A DNA stretch of 50,830 bases, taken from positions 1 through 50,830 of the IMG/VR virus record IMGVR_UViG_3300027513_000020, one strand, 5' to 3'. Each line of letters starts with the position of its first letter. Within the stretch, counting starts at the first letter, position 1. This DNA comes from a virus (taxonomy: Duplodnaviria > Caudoviricetes). Both the position numbers and the translations under genes were made by a program. Below are positions 35,610 through 43,698 of this stretch, piece by piece. Below the pieces are notes generated by a model. The model ran no database searches and was not told the DNA's origin. It was given only the letters and a program-made list of their open reading frames with translations.

Positions 35610-36569
35610 ATGAAACCAGCTGAACTTGAGGACTGGGCCCTGCGCATCATCGAGCGGCTCAAGGCGGGGCAGCCGCTTGAGGACGACCGGGTAGAGTTGA
35701 AGGCGGACTGGCCGGCGTCCGACGACGGCAGAGCGGCGCGGCGGATCGCTGGCCACGCTAACGCGGCGCGACTGGAGCCGATCCTATGGCTGATCGGGGC
35801 TGACGAAAAGGCTCGCCGGGTTTCGGGCGCCTCCGCCGTCGATCCCGCTTCATGGCTGGCCCAAGTACGGAGGTGGTTCGAGGGCCTCGCTCCGGAGCAG
35901 CAGTGCCTTGCGATCCCGGTAGATGGCGTGTCGGTGGTTGCGTTGCTCTTCGACACCTCCCGCGCGCCATTCGTCATCAAGAACCTGGCGGGTACCTCGG
36001 GCGGTCCGGTCACCCATGAGGTGCCCTTCCGCTCCGGCACCGACACCCGGTCTGCCCGGCGAGCGGATCTGGTGCGCATCCTGGTGCCGATTCAGCGGCT
36101 GCCGGTTGTGGAGGTTCTCGGGGGTTCCCTGGTGGCCCACGATCGAGGACGCGAGCGCGGCGACCCTTCGCCCTCTTGGGGTTGGCAGCTTTTCGTGGAT
36201 CTGTACCTCACGCCGGCCAGCACCGAGCGGTGTGTCATTCCCTTTCACCGCTGCAGCGGGTGGTTCCAGGGGCCGCTCGGGGAGCAAAGGGTGGCCCTTG
36301 ACGAGGTGGAGCTGGGGAGCGTGCGCGACAGCTACATCATCACCTGCCACTCCGAGGTCATTCTGGAGGGGCCGGGATCGGCCTGGCTCAAGGCGACGGC
36401 GGTAACCCCCCAGGAAGCGGAGCCGATGGGTGCCCCCGCTGTACTCCAGCTCGACCTGCTCCCGATCGGCGCGGAGGCCCCAGTTCTAATCCGGGTGGAG
36501 CTCCCCTACAAGGGCCCCAAGCTCGGGGCGACCGGCGAGGACAAAGTCTGGACACTCCCTCAGGCCTAG
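35610..36569 (+). CDS. Schlafen/AlbA_2-domain protein with a beta-rich C-terminal domain
   Basis: EDDRVELK, IAGHANA...WLIGADE, PFRSGTDT match the E-x4-ExK, AxAN...hhGhxD and RxGxxT pattern. Confidence 0.72.
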   Translation: MKPAELEDWALRIIERLKAGQPLEDDRVELKADWPASDDGRAARRIAGHANAARLEPILWLIGADEKARRVSGASAVDPASWLAQVRRWFEGLAPEQQCLAIPVDGVSVVALLFDTSRAPFVIKNLAGTSGGPVTHEVPFRSGTDTRSARRADLVRILVPIQRLPVVEVLGGSLVAHDRGRERGDPSPSWGWQLFVDLYLTPASTERCVIPFHRCSGWFQGPLGEQRVALDEVELGSVRDSYIITCHSEVILEGPGSAWLKATAVTPQEAEPMGAPAVLQLDLLPIGAEAPVLIRVELPYKGPKLGATGEDKVWTLPQA

Positions 36570-36744
36570 TTCGCGCCGGCCGCCCGACCGTCACCCGCGC
36601 GGGGCCAAAGACGAGGGGAATCACCGTGACCACGTCCTCGGCGCCGTCGCTGGGCGGCTCGGACTGGAGATTCTCGGCCAGCTCCTCGCCGGCATCGTGG
36701 AGGGCGCGGAGGGCGGTGTGGAGCAGCTGCTCGCGGGCGTTCAT
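36388..36744 (-). CDS. Hypothetical protein whose 3' end runs into the Schlafen gene
   Basis: ATGA-coupled start at 36744; protein-like to about 36575, then antisense overlap. Confidence 0.5.
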   Translation of the reverse strand: MNAREQLLHTALRALHDAGEELAENLQSEPPSDGAEDVVTVIPLVFGPARVTVGRPARTRPEGVSRLCPRRSPRAWGPCRGAPPGLELGPPRRSGAGRAGVQRGHPSAPLPGGLPPSP

Positions 36745-37058
36745 CGGGAGTCCCCTTCCCCGCTGATGACCACGTCCTCCGCCAGGATCGGGCAGCCGGC
36801 GGCGTCCAGATCCGCGTCCGCCTCCTCCAGGGGGATCCCGAATCGCTCCGAGAGGTGCCGGACGAGGCGCAGGCGCTCCGGCGTCCCGAGCACCGCGAGG
36901 TCGATCAGGTAGACCTCCCGCTCGCCGAGGCCGGGCAGCACGGCCACGTGGGCGACCGGGGAGAGGATCGGCACGTGCCGGCGCAGGAACACCTTCTCCC
37001 AATCGGCGGCCCGCGGCGAGCTCGGGTTGAGGCTCGCCTCAATGAGCTGGCGCTTCAT
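36741..37058 (-). CDS. Hypothetical protein
   Basis: GGAGG RBS; ATGA overlaps at both ends. Confidence 0.7.
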   Translation of the reverse strand: MKRQLIEASLNPSSPRAADWEKVFLRRHVPILSPVAHVAVLPGLGEREVYLIDLAVLGTPERLRLVRHLSERFGIPLEEADADLDAAGCPILAEDVVISGEGDSR

Positions 37059-37645
37059 CGGACTCCCTCCTGAATCGCCGCCTGCAGGCGGTCGATCACG
37101 GCGCGAGCGCGAGGCACGGTGAGGCCGTTCAGCTCCAGGTTCGCGAGGGAGGCCTCCCATTCCCAGAGTCCGAGGGCGCCCTTCGCCGAGACGGGAAACT
37201 CGAAGCGGTGGACGTCCTCCAGGAACCAGCCGTAGCGGCCCGGGCTGAAGTCACCAAAGGCGCGCTCCGGTGTCCCTTCCGCGGGCAGCCAGTCCGGCAG
37301 GAACTCCGCCCAGCCCGCCGTCGGCCCCGTCGGCCGGCAGTCCGCCAGGCGGACCACCGCGACGACCGCGCCGCGCGGCAGGAGGGCGCCCCAGCCGGAG
37401 TCGCCCGCGGCGATCGCGCGCTGCCGGGCCGGGCTGTTCCGCTGCGAGAGGCAGTAGCCGGCGTCGGAGAGCGCCTTCGCGAAGTAGCCCGTGAAGCACA
37501 GCTCCTGCGCCGCGCGCGGGAACCCCTGCGCGGCGTGGATGGCGAGCAGCCCGCGGTACCGGGTGGACCAGGAGCGCGTCTCTATTCTTTTCTGCCCGTG
37601 GGCCACGAGGGAGGCCCAGGGTTGCGTGAGAGTCAGGGCACGGAT
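37055..37645 (-). CDS. ASCH-domain protein; apparent ATC start
   Basis: (I)RALTLTQPWASLVAHGQKRIETRSW, LAIHAA, AKGALGLW. Confidence 0.85.
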   Translation of the reverse strand: MRALTLTQPWASLVAHGQKRIETRSWSTRYRGLLAIHAAQGFPRAAQELCFTGYFAKALSDAGYCLSQRNSPARQRAIAAGDSGWGALLPRGAVVAVVRLADCRPTGPTAGWAEFLPDWLPAEGTPERAFGDFSPGRYGWFLEDVHRFEFPVSAKGALGLWEWEASLANLELNGLTVPRARAVIDRLQAAIQEGVR

Positions 37646-38559
37646 GTCACACCTCCATTCATGATCCCGTCCGCCTCTTCGAAGAGGGAGGGCTGTGCGC
37701 TGCTAAGGGCGGCCGCGGCCGCCGGGTTCGACCACAGACACTCGGTGCGCGGGCGGGCGGCGTCGGCGTGGGTCCGGGTGGCCACCCGTCGCCAGCCCGC
37801 ATAGAGCGCGTCGTACAGCCGCGACGGGTACCCGCTGATCACGACCATGCCCCGGCAGCCGCGCAAGAGGAGCGCGAGCTCCTGGTGCTCCTCGTCCGTC
37901 ATCTCGACGGCGTAGCGGGGCCGAGGGTCCGCGCCGCGCGAGCTGAACGGGTACGGCGGATCCACATAGAAGAGCGTGTCCGGGGCGTCGTGCTGCGGGA
38001 TCAGGCGCCGCGCGTCGATCTGATCGACGAACACGCCCCGCAGCCGCTCCGTGAAGGCCGGAATCACGTCCGGGTACGTGCTCCACTCGCGGGCGGGATG
38101 CGGACCGTGGGTGCCGGGCCGCACGTACTTCCGCCAGCCGTCCCGGTTCCGGGACCCGTCCTGGTTCCGCGTCGTGCAGCAGGCGGAGCTCTTGCCCATG
38201 AAGGCCAGGATTACCAGCCGCCGCGCCCGTTCGACGGGATCCGCCGTCGGCGCGAATGCCGCCTGGAACTCTGCCCGGGCGTAGGGCGTGATCCTCAGGA
38301 GCTGCTCCAGCTTTTGGGCCGTGTCGGGATCCTGCAGCACGCGGAAGAAGTTCACCACGTCGCCGTCGAGGTCGTTGTAGACCTCCCCGAAAGAGCGCGG
38401 CTTGCACATCAGGACCGAGGCGCCGCCCCCATAGGGCTCGACAAAGATCTGATGCGGAGGCAAGTGCGACACAATCCAGCTCGCCAGGCGAAATTTTCCG
38501 CCGTGGAATCTCAGCGCGGGGCGCGCGGGCCGGCTGAGGGCGTGCGGAGGCACGATCAC
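37633..38559 (-). CDS. D12-class (Dam-family) DNA adenine methyltransferase
   Basis: LRFHGGKFRLA, FVEPYGGGASVL, EVYNDLD, FYVDPPY, ISGY. Confidence 0.92.
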   Translation of the reverse strand: MIVPPHALSRPARPALRFHGGKFRLASWIVSHLPPHQIFVEPYGGGASVLMCKPRSFGEVYNDLDGDVVNFFRVLQDPDTAQKLEQLLRITPYARAEFQAAFAPTADPVERARRLVILAFMGKSSACCTTRNQDGSRNRDGWRKYVRPGTHGPHPAREWSTYPDVIPAFTERLRGVFVDQIDARRLIPQHDAPDTLFYVDPPYPFSSRGADPRPRYAVEMTDEEHQELALLLRGCRGMVVISGYPSRLYDALYAGWRRVATRTHADAARPRTECLWSNPAAAAALSSAQPSLFEEADGIMNGGVTSVP

Positions 38560-39593
38560 GCGGGCACCTCCTCGGCCTCTTCGGTCTCGCCCGTCTCCTC
38601 CAGGGCGAACGTCAGTTGCCGCGGCAGCCGGAGCCCCCAGGTGTACCAGGCGCAGGAGAAATAGCCCCCGCCGACCCTTCCCGAGGGGGTCGTGAACTCC
38701 GGCCGGCGGGGCAGGACGAGCAGCTCGACCCCGTGCCGCTCGTAGAGCTGCTGGCGCTCGCGGCCCTCGAGCGCCGTGAGCGGCAAGAGGAGCCCAAACG
38801 GCCGCCCCAGGTCGTAGGCCCGCGCGAGGAAGGCGTCCTTGAGCGAGAAAGGCGGGTTGGTGACGATGAGGTCCCAGGCCTCGGCGGGCGCCCAGCGCAG
38901 GAAGTCCTGGCCCCCGGCGAGGTCACTGCCGATGACCGGATGCCCGGCCTCCCGCAGCACCTCCGCGAGCTGCCCCCGTCCCCACGCGCATTCCCAGATG
39001 GTCGCACCGGCCGGCAGGTAGGGGAGCAGCGGCAGGACGGATGCCCGATCCGTCTGGAAGTGGTCGCTGTGGCCGTAGCCCATCAGGGGCGGGCGGTTGG
39101 ACTGGCCCATCTTGAGCTGCTGGAGACGCTCTGCCTCCTCGAACCGGGCGGCGGCTATGCGCTGCTCGTCCCACCAGGCCCCTTCGCGTTCATCGGCCAC
39201 GTGGCGCACATCAGCCGCCGTCACCCGGCCGTTCCCGCTGCGTTCTTGAGCCTGTTGCCACACCTCGGCCCGCTCACTTGCCGGAACGGACGCCAGTTCC
39301 CGGAGGTGGCTCTCCGGGATGCGCCCGATTTCCCCATTTGGGGAAAGTTCTCTCTCCGTCAACCCCGCCTGAAGCTGACGATAGAGATGAGTCTGGCTCT
39401 GCGCAAACTCCGTGACGACGCATTCGCGCCAGGACGAGTAGCCGAGCACCTCCCAGCCCCGCCGCTCGTAAAGCTCCAGCAGCAGCGCGCGTGCGCCGCC
39501 CATATGGACCTTGATCTTCTCGACGCAGAAACGAGCCTCTTGCGCCAGCATCGGGATCTGAGCCGCGGTCGGCGGCGCCTGGGGGGAGATCAC
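38556..39593 (-). CDS. Phage helical domain fused to an N6-adenine methyltransferase-like domain
   Basis: N-terminal LYERRGWEVLGYSSW...PESHLREL; C-terminal IWECAWGRG and IVTNPPFS. Confidence 0.75.
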   Translation of the reverse strand: MISPQAPPTAAQIPMLAQEARFCVEKIKVHMGGARALLLELYERRGWEVLGYSSWRECVVTEFAQSQTHLYRQLQAGLTERELSPNGEIGRIPESHLRELASVPASERAEVWQQAQERSGNGRVTAADVRHVADEREGAWWDEQRIAAARFEEAERLQQLKMGQSNRPPLMGYGHSDHFQTDRASVLPLLPYLPAGATIWECAWGRGQLAEVLREAGHPVIGSDLAGGQDFLRWAPAEAWDLIVTNPPFSLKDAFLARAYDLGRPFGLLLPLTALEGRERQQLYERHGVELLVLPRRPEFTTPSGRVGGGYFSCAWYTWGLRLPRQLTFALEETGETEEAEEVPA

Positions 39594-39973
39594 GACAATT
39601 CCGCTATCAATGAATCGACCTCTTCCGTGTGGCGGAACCACTCCCCGTGAATGTGGAGGTGGGTGAGCCGCCGATGACATTCACGTTCCCGCGTCCCCGC
39701 GCCGGGGATAACCGCAAGCAGGACGAGCTTCCCGGGGGCGCCGCACTGGAGTTCGTCCAGACGCACCTCCGGGTCTCGGGAAACGCCGATCTTGACGGCA
39801 TCACCGCATTTTGCGAAGTAAAGCGCCTTGCGACTATGCAGCCGACCCAGCATCTTGTCGGTATTCAAAGCCCGCGCGTAGGCTGCATGAGCGGTTGCCA
39901 GACGAACATCGGCAAGCGCCTCGGCAAACTCTTCTTTCGTCGCAACCCTCTTCTTCGGCTCGTTTCCACTCAC
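39590..39973 (-). CDS. GIY-YIG (T5orf172-like) nuclease
   Basis: LYF...VKIGVSRDPEVRLDELQ...ERECH...GEWF. Confidence 0.85.
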   Translation of the reverse strand: MSGNEPKKRVATKEEFAEALADVRLATAHAAYARALNTDKMLGRLHSRKALYFAKCGDAVKIGVSRDPEVRLDELQCGAPGKLVLLAVIPGAGTRERECHRRLTHLHIHGEWFRHTEEVDSLIAELS

Positions 39974-40055
39974 GGCTCCCACCTTTCCCCCGCACACTCC
40001 GCTCTCTCGTGAATGGGCCCGTACGGCCCCTGCTCTTCCCCACTCCGCCGCCGGC

Positions 40056-40919
40056 TCAGGCATCACTCCCCGCTTGCGGGCGGCGCTCCCGCTCCCACAC
40101 TTCGCGCAGCGCGGCCTGGAGGTTGCGCGGGGGATCGGTCGGGGACGGCGGGGGCCGCAGCTCCCGGTCGGGCGCCCAGTCCGGACAGCGGCACACGGCG
40201 CGGAGGCGGGAGGAGCCGCGGTAGGCCAGGTCGTGCAGCTCCTTCACCGCGTCGGCCGTCCGCTGCAGGACCCGCGGCCCCTTCACTTGCAGCGACCGGG
40301 CGTTGTCCAGGCCCAGGCCCCGGGCGATCTCGTAGCGGCGCAGGCCCGCGCCGAGCAGCTCCTCGATCAGGCGCAGGGTCTCCCGGGCGTCCACCACGGC
40401 GGCGCCCGCGGGGCGCACCCGGCCGGCGAGGGTCTCCAGGATGCGCTCGGCGGTCGCGAGTTTCAGGCGGCGCTTCCGGGGACGGTCCTGGTTGTAGGAG
40501 CAGTCGTTGACCAGCTCCAGGAGGCGGGTGCGGGAGATGGTCGTCGCGGCGGCGATCCGGTTGAGCCCGACCCCCGCTTCCTGGAGGCGCCGGAGGTGGC
40601 GGACCACCGCGCGGACCTGCGCGGGCGTCGCCCACAGCGGGGGCTGCTCGCTCTCCAGCGCCGCCAGCGTGTTGAACGCCTCGCGCCGCTCGTAGGCCTC
40701 GGCCTGGGAGCGGGTGCGGTACTCGTCCTGCTCGCGGGTCAGGTAGTTCATCACGTACCACTCCCCGGTCTCCTGGATGTACTTCACGATCCAGGGGGCC
40801 CGGGCGCGGCGCCGGTCCTCCCGCGCGGTCTGGTAGTTCGTGTTGGCGACCCGGCAGGGGAAGCATCTACACCCCTGAGCCACATACATGGCGCGGGTGC
40901 CATGCTGACGCTCCCTCAT
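40056..40919 (-). CDS. Zn-finger/HTH hypothetical DNA-binding protein
   Basis: HGTRAMY...GCRCFPCR; two HTH-like segments. Confidence 0.65.
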   Translation of the reverse strand: MRERQHGTRAMYVAQGCRCFPCRVANTNYQTAREDRRRARAPWIVKYIQETGEWYVMNYLTREQDEYRTRSQAEAYERREAFNTLAALESEQPPLWATPAQVRAVVRHLRRLQEAGVGLNRIAAATTISRTRLLELVNDCSYNQDRPRKRRLKLATAERILETLAGRVRPAGAAVVDARETLRLIEELLGAGLRRYEIARGLGLDNARSLQVKGPRVLQRTADAVKELHDLAYRGSSRLRAVCRCPDWAPDRELRPPPSPTDPPRNLQAALREVWERERRPQAGSDA

Positions 40920-41425
40920 GCCCCCACCTCCTCCCCGATAGGCCGTGTCGCTTCCCGAAGGGCCTCCCCGGCGGCGCGGAGCGCCGGGTCGAGAGCGCCC
41001 TTTGCCTGCCAGTAGACGGCAAAGGATCGCTCGCGCGCCTTCCTGCGGTTCTCCTTGAGCTGGCGCCGCCACCACGCCCGGCAAGCCTGTTGATGCCGGG
41101 CCTTTTGCCGAGGCTGCCGGCGCCGCTGCGCTTCACACGCGCGACAGTGAGCCTGAAGGCCCGTGGCCGCTCCGCGGTCCCGGTTGAAGTCCGCTGCGGG
41201 CTTTCGCTCGCCGCAGTCCGGACAGCGCTCGGTCCGGACCGTGGGCGCCGGCACGTCGTACTTCCAGTCGCGCGGCGGTCGCGTCCGGGTCAGGCGCCGG
41301 TTCCGCTCCTGGCTGCAACCCTCGGAGCACGTGATGCGGGGACGCCCGCCTTTCCGGCCCGGCGCCGGCACCGGCGCCCCGCAGATGATGCAGGCTGTCG
41401 TCTTTCCCCGGAGATCGCGGTTCAT
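40916..41425 (-). CDS. Multi-Zn-finger protein
   Basis: CIICG, CSEGC, CPDCGERK...F...GLQAHCRAC. Confidence 0.7.
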   Translation of the reverse strand: MNRDLRGKTTACIICGAPVPAPGRKGGRPRITCSEGCSQERNRRLTRTRPPRDWKYDVPAPTVRTERCPDCGERKPAADFNRDRGAATGLQAHCRACEAQRRRQPRQKARHQQACRAWWRRQLKENRRKARERSFAVYWQAKGALDPALRAAGEALREATRPIGEEVGA

Positions 41426-42045
41426 GCTGCCTCCTCGAGGTCCACGAGGGCGCGGCGGAGAGCGACCCGGGCGCGGGCCAGGTCGAGGCAGACGGTGCTC
41501 TCGGCCCGGCCGACGGCGGCGGCGATCGCCCGGTACGACTGGTCCTGCCAGAAGTGCCGCCGGACAATCTCCCGCTGGCGGGGCGGGAGCTCCCCGAGGG
41601 CGGCGGCGATCCGGGCCGCCGTGAGGCGGTGGAGGGCGGGCTCCTCGGTGCGCTCGGGGCCGGCGACCGTGTCGGCGAGGGTCAGGTCCGCCGCCTCCAG
41701 GAGCTCTTCCAGGGAGCAGGTGCGGACGAGCGGGAACTCCTCGCCGCGGCGCTGCGCGGCCCGCTCCCGCGCCCGCACCTTGCGGGGGACCCAGTCTTCC
41801 CGGCGCAGGTACTCGAGCATCGCGCCGCGGATGGTCGCGATGGCGTAAGTCTTGAAGTCGGTCTTCCGGCGGGGATCGAAGCGGTGCGCGGCCTGGCAGA
41901 GGGCGAGGTAGCCGGCGCCGTCCAGGTCCTGCGGGTCGAGCCGGGCGGGGAGGCGGCCCGCGCAGCGCTCCCGGGTCACCGGGACGAGGTAGGCGTAGCG
42001 CAGGGTGAGGGCGCGGGGACCGGGCGCGTGGGGATTCAGCGTCAT
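41422..42045 (-). CDS. Sigma70-family RNA polymerase sigma factor (FliA/WhiG-like)
   Basis: RFDPRRKTDFKTYAIATIRGAMLEYLRREDWVPR; region 4 LPPRQREIV...SYRAIA. Confidence 0.85.
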   Translation of the reverse strand: MTLNPHAPGPRALTLRYAYLVPVTRERCAGRLPARLDPQDLDGAGYLALCQAAHRFDPRRKTDFKTYAIATIRGAMLEYLRREDWVPRKVRARERAAQRRGEEFPLVRTCSLEELLEAADLTLADTVAGPERTEEPALHRLTAARIAAALGELPPRQREIVRRHFWQDQSYRAIAAAVGRAESTVCLDLARARVALRRALVDLEEAA

Positions 42046-42380
42046 CGCGTCAGCCACTCCTCGACGATCCGCATCGCCTGCTCCCGGGACAGGTTGCCCT
42101 TGAGCCCGCCCCCCTGCCGCTCCCCGCCGCGCTGGGCCCGGTAGCGCCACTCCGCCGGCCACCCGTGTGAGGGTCCGACCCAGCAGAGCGTCGCCTGCCA
42201 GCCGTTCCCCGCCCACGTCCAGCGCCGCTCTACGGGATCGTAGAGCCAGCCGGGGCGGCCGGGGCGCAGGGCCTGCCGCCGGATGCGCTCCTCCTCCTGC
42301 CGGGCGGTTTCGGCGGCGGCCGCCGCGGCCTGGAGCGCGTCCCGGCCCGGGCGCAGGTCATCCCACGTCGGTCGGCTCAT
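42042..42380 (-). CDS. Hypothetical Trp-rich protein
   Basis: ATGA-coupled at both ends. Confidence 0.65.
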   Translation of the reverse strand: MSRPTWDDLRPGRDALQAAAAAAETARQEEERIRRQALRPGRPGWLYDPVERRWTWAGNGWQATLCWVGPSHGWPAEWRYRAQRGGERQGGGLKGNLSREQAMRIVEEWLTR

Positions 42381-42733
42381 CGCTCGCTTCCCTCGACTTT
42401 CTCTGCATCCTGGAGGGCCTCCCGCAGCACCCGGACGAACACCCGCGGCTCGTCCGTCCCCCGGTAGCGGTCGATTCCTTCCATCTCGGCTGCATCGAGG
42501 GCTTCCATGAGCGCGGCGCGGAGCCGGTCTCGTTCCCGCTCCGCCGCTGCCAGGGCCGCGGGCTGCTGCCCGCAGAGGGCTCGCGCCTCCGTCTCGGTCA
42601 GCCCCACCCGCACCGCCCGCGCCGGCCGGCGCCGGTGCCCGTGCTCGTCCGGCTCACTCCAGGAGCCGACTAACGCCACGACCATCCACCCGGAACCGTC
42701 AGCCATCCGCGCCGGGATCAAGCGATCAGCCAT
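42377..42733 (-). CDS. Hypothetical protein
   Basis: Coupled ORF with RBS. Confidence 0.6.
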   Translation of the reverse strand: MADRLIPARMADGSGWMVVALVGSWSEPDEHGHRRRPARAVRVGLTETEARALCGQQPAALAAAERERDRLRAALMEALDAAEMEGIDRYRGTDEPRVFVRVLREALQDAEKVEGSER

Positions 42734-42992
42734 CCGTCCCCTCGACTTTCTCCACCCGTCCGCGCTCGCTGTCCAGCACGTGCCGGCCCGCCTTCAGCTT
42801 CCGACCCGAGTCCCGCGCCGCTTGCCGTTTTCGCGCCTGCCGCGGCGTGAGGACCGGCCCCGCGTCCGTGACCGGCACCGGCTTCGGCACCTTCGGGAGC
42901 ACGTTGCCGACCTCTGGCCCGTGCTGCTCCCGGCAGAGCGTGTAGCTTCTGGAGTGCGCGAGCCGGATACAGCCACAAGCAAGCACCTGCAT
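42726..42992 (-). CDS. Hypothetical small protein
   Basis: LACGC...CREQH; coupled ORF. Confidence 0.55.
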   Translation of the reverse strand: MQVLACGCIRLAHSRSYTLCREQHGPEVGNVLPKVPKPVPVTDAGPVLTPRQARKRQAARDSGRKLKAGRHVLDSERGRVEKVEGTDG

Positions 42993-43591
42993 CAGCCGGC
43001 CTCCGCTTGCCGCACGCGCAGCGCCTCAGGTCCGGTCCGTGCCGCCGGCACGCACCAGCGGAGATTCAAGCACTCGAACACGTCCGCTTCCTCCGGCGTC
43101 GGGACCGGCTCGCCCGCCGGGTTCCAGAGCTGCCCGTCCCGGCACTTCCAGCCGATCTTCAGCGCCTGGGTGACGGTCGCCTGGCTGAACTCCTTGCTCC
43201 CGGTGCGGATCAGCAGGATCAGGCCCCAGCTCGCGACGGTGGTCAGGAACAGATCGAGCTTCACGCCCTCCGGCCGCAGGACCGCCCGCCAGTACTTCCC
43301 GCCCGGCTTCGGCGCCCAGGGGATGATCTCCGCCGTGCCCGGCTTGATCCACTGGACCCGACCCCGGCGCTCGGCCGCCAGTGCCCAGAGGTGCAGGGCG
43401 TTCACCAGCTCCGCGTCCCCGAAGAGGCTGGAGACCGGCCCCGGCTCCCAGCGCGGGACGGCGACGAGCTCCAGGTCGGAGCAATCCTCGCAGCCCCGCC
43501 GCACACTCCCGGCGACCTGGATCCGCTCGCAGTGCGGCGCCATCTCGGCGCGGAGGGCTTCTGCGCTTGCTTGAGCCTCAACCAATTTCAT
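42992..43591 (-). CDS. Minimal DNA polymerase X/beta-like nucleotidyltransferase
   Basis: AGSVRRG...DLEL, KLDLF, LIRTGS, EEADVF...W. Confidence 0.85.
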   Translation of the reverse strand: MKLVEAQASAEALRAEMAPHCERIQVAGSVRRGCEDCSDLELVAVPRWEPGPVSSLFGDAELVNALHLWALAAERRGRVQWIKPGTAEIIPWAPKPGGKYWRAVLRPEGVKLDLFLTTVASWGLILLIRTGSKEFSQATVTQALKIGWKCRDGQLWNPAGEPVPTPEEADVFECLNLRWCVPAARTGPEALRVRQAEAG

Positions 43592-43698
43592 CTGCGTACC
43601 TCGCGCATGCGTGTACACACTCACTCCGAAGAAGAAGAAGAAAAGGGGTACACATACGCCCGCGCGAGTCCCACCGCGTTGCTTCCTATCGGTTTCGT

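Noticed and set aside
29285-36583. TAG...CGCCGGCCGC at both 29285 and 36567 as att-like ends of an inserted element
   Set aside because: A 10-bp all-GC match is expected by chance at this composition, and no recombinase lies inside the segment.
29428-36744. Weak similarity (R-E/D-x-L/I-L...VETxAGxV / VGRP) among the small proteins at 29691, 31598 and 36744
   Set aside because: Too short and low in complexity to claim paralogy without profile comparison.
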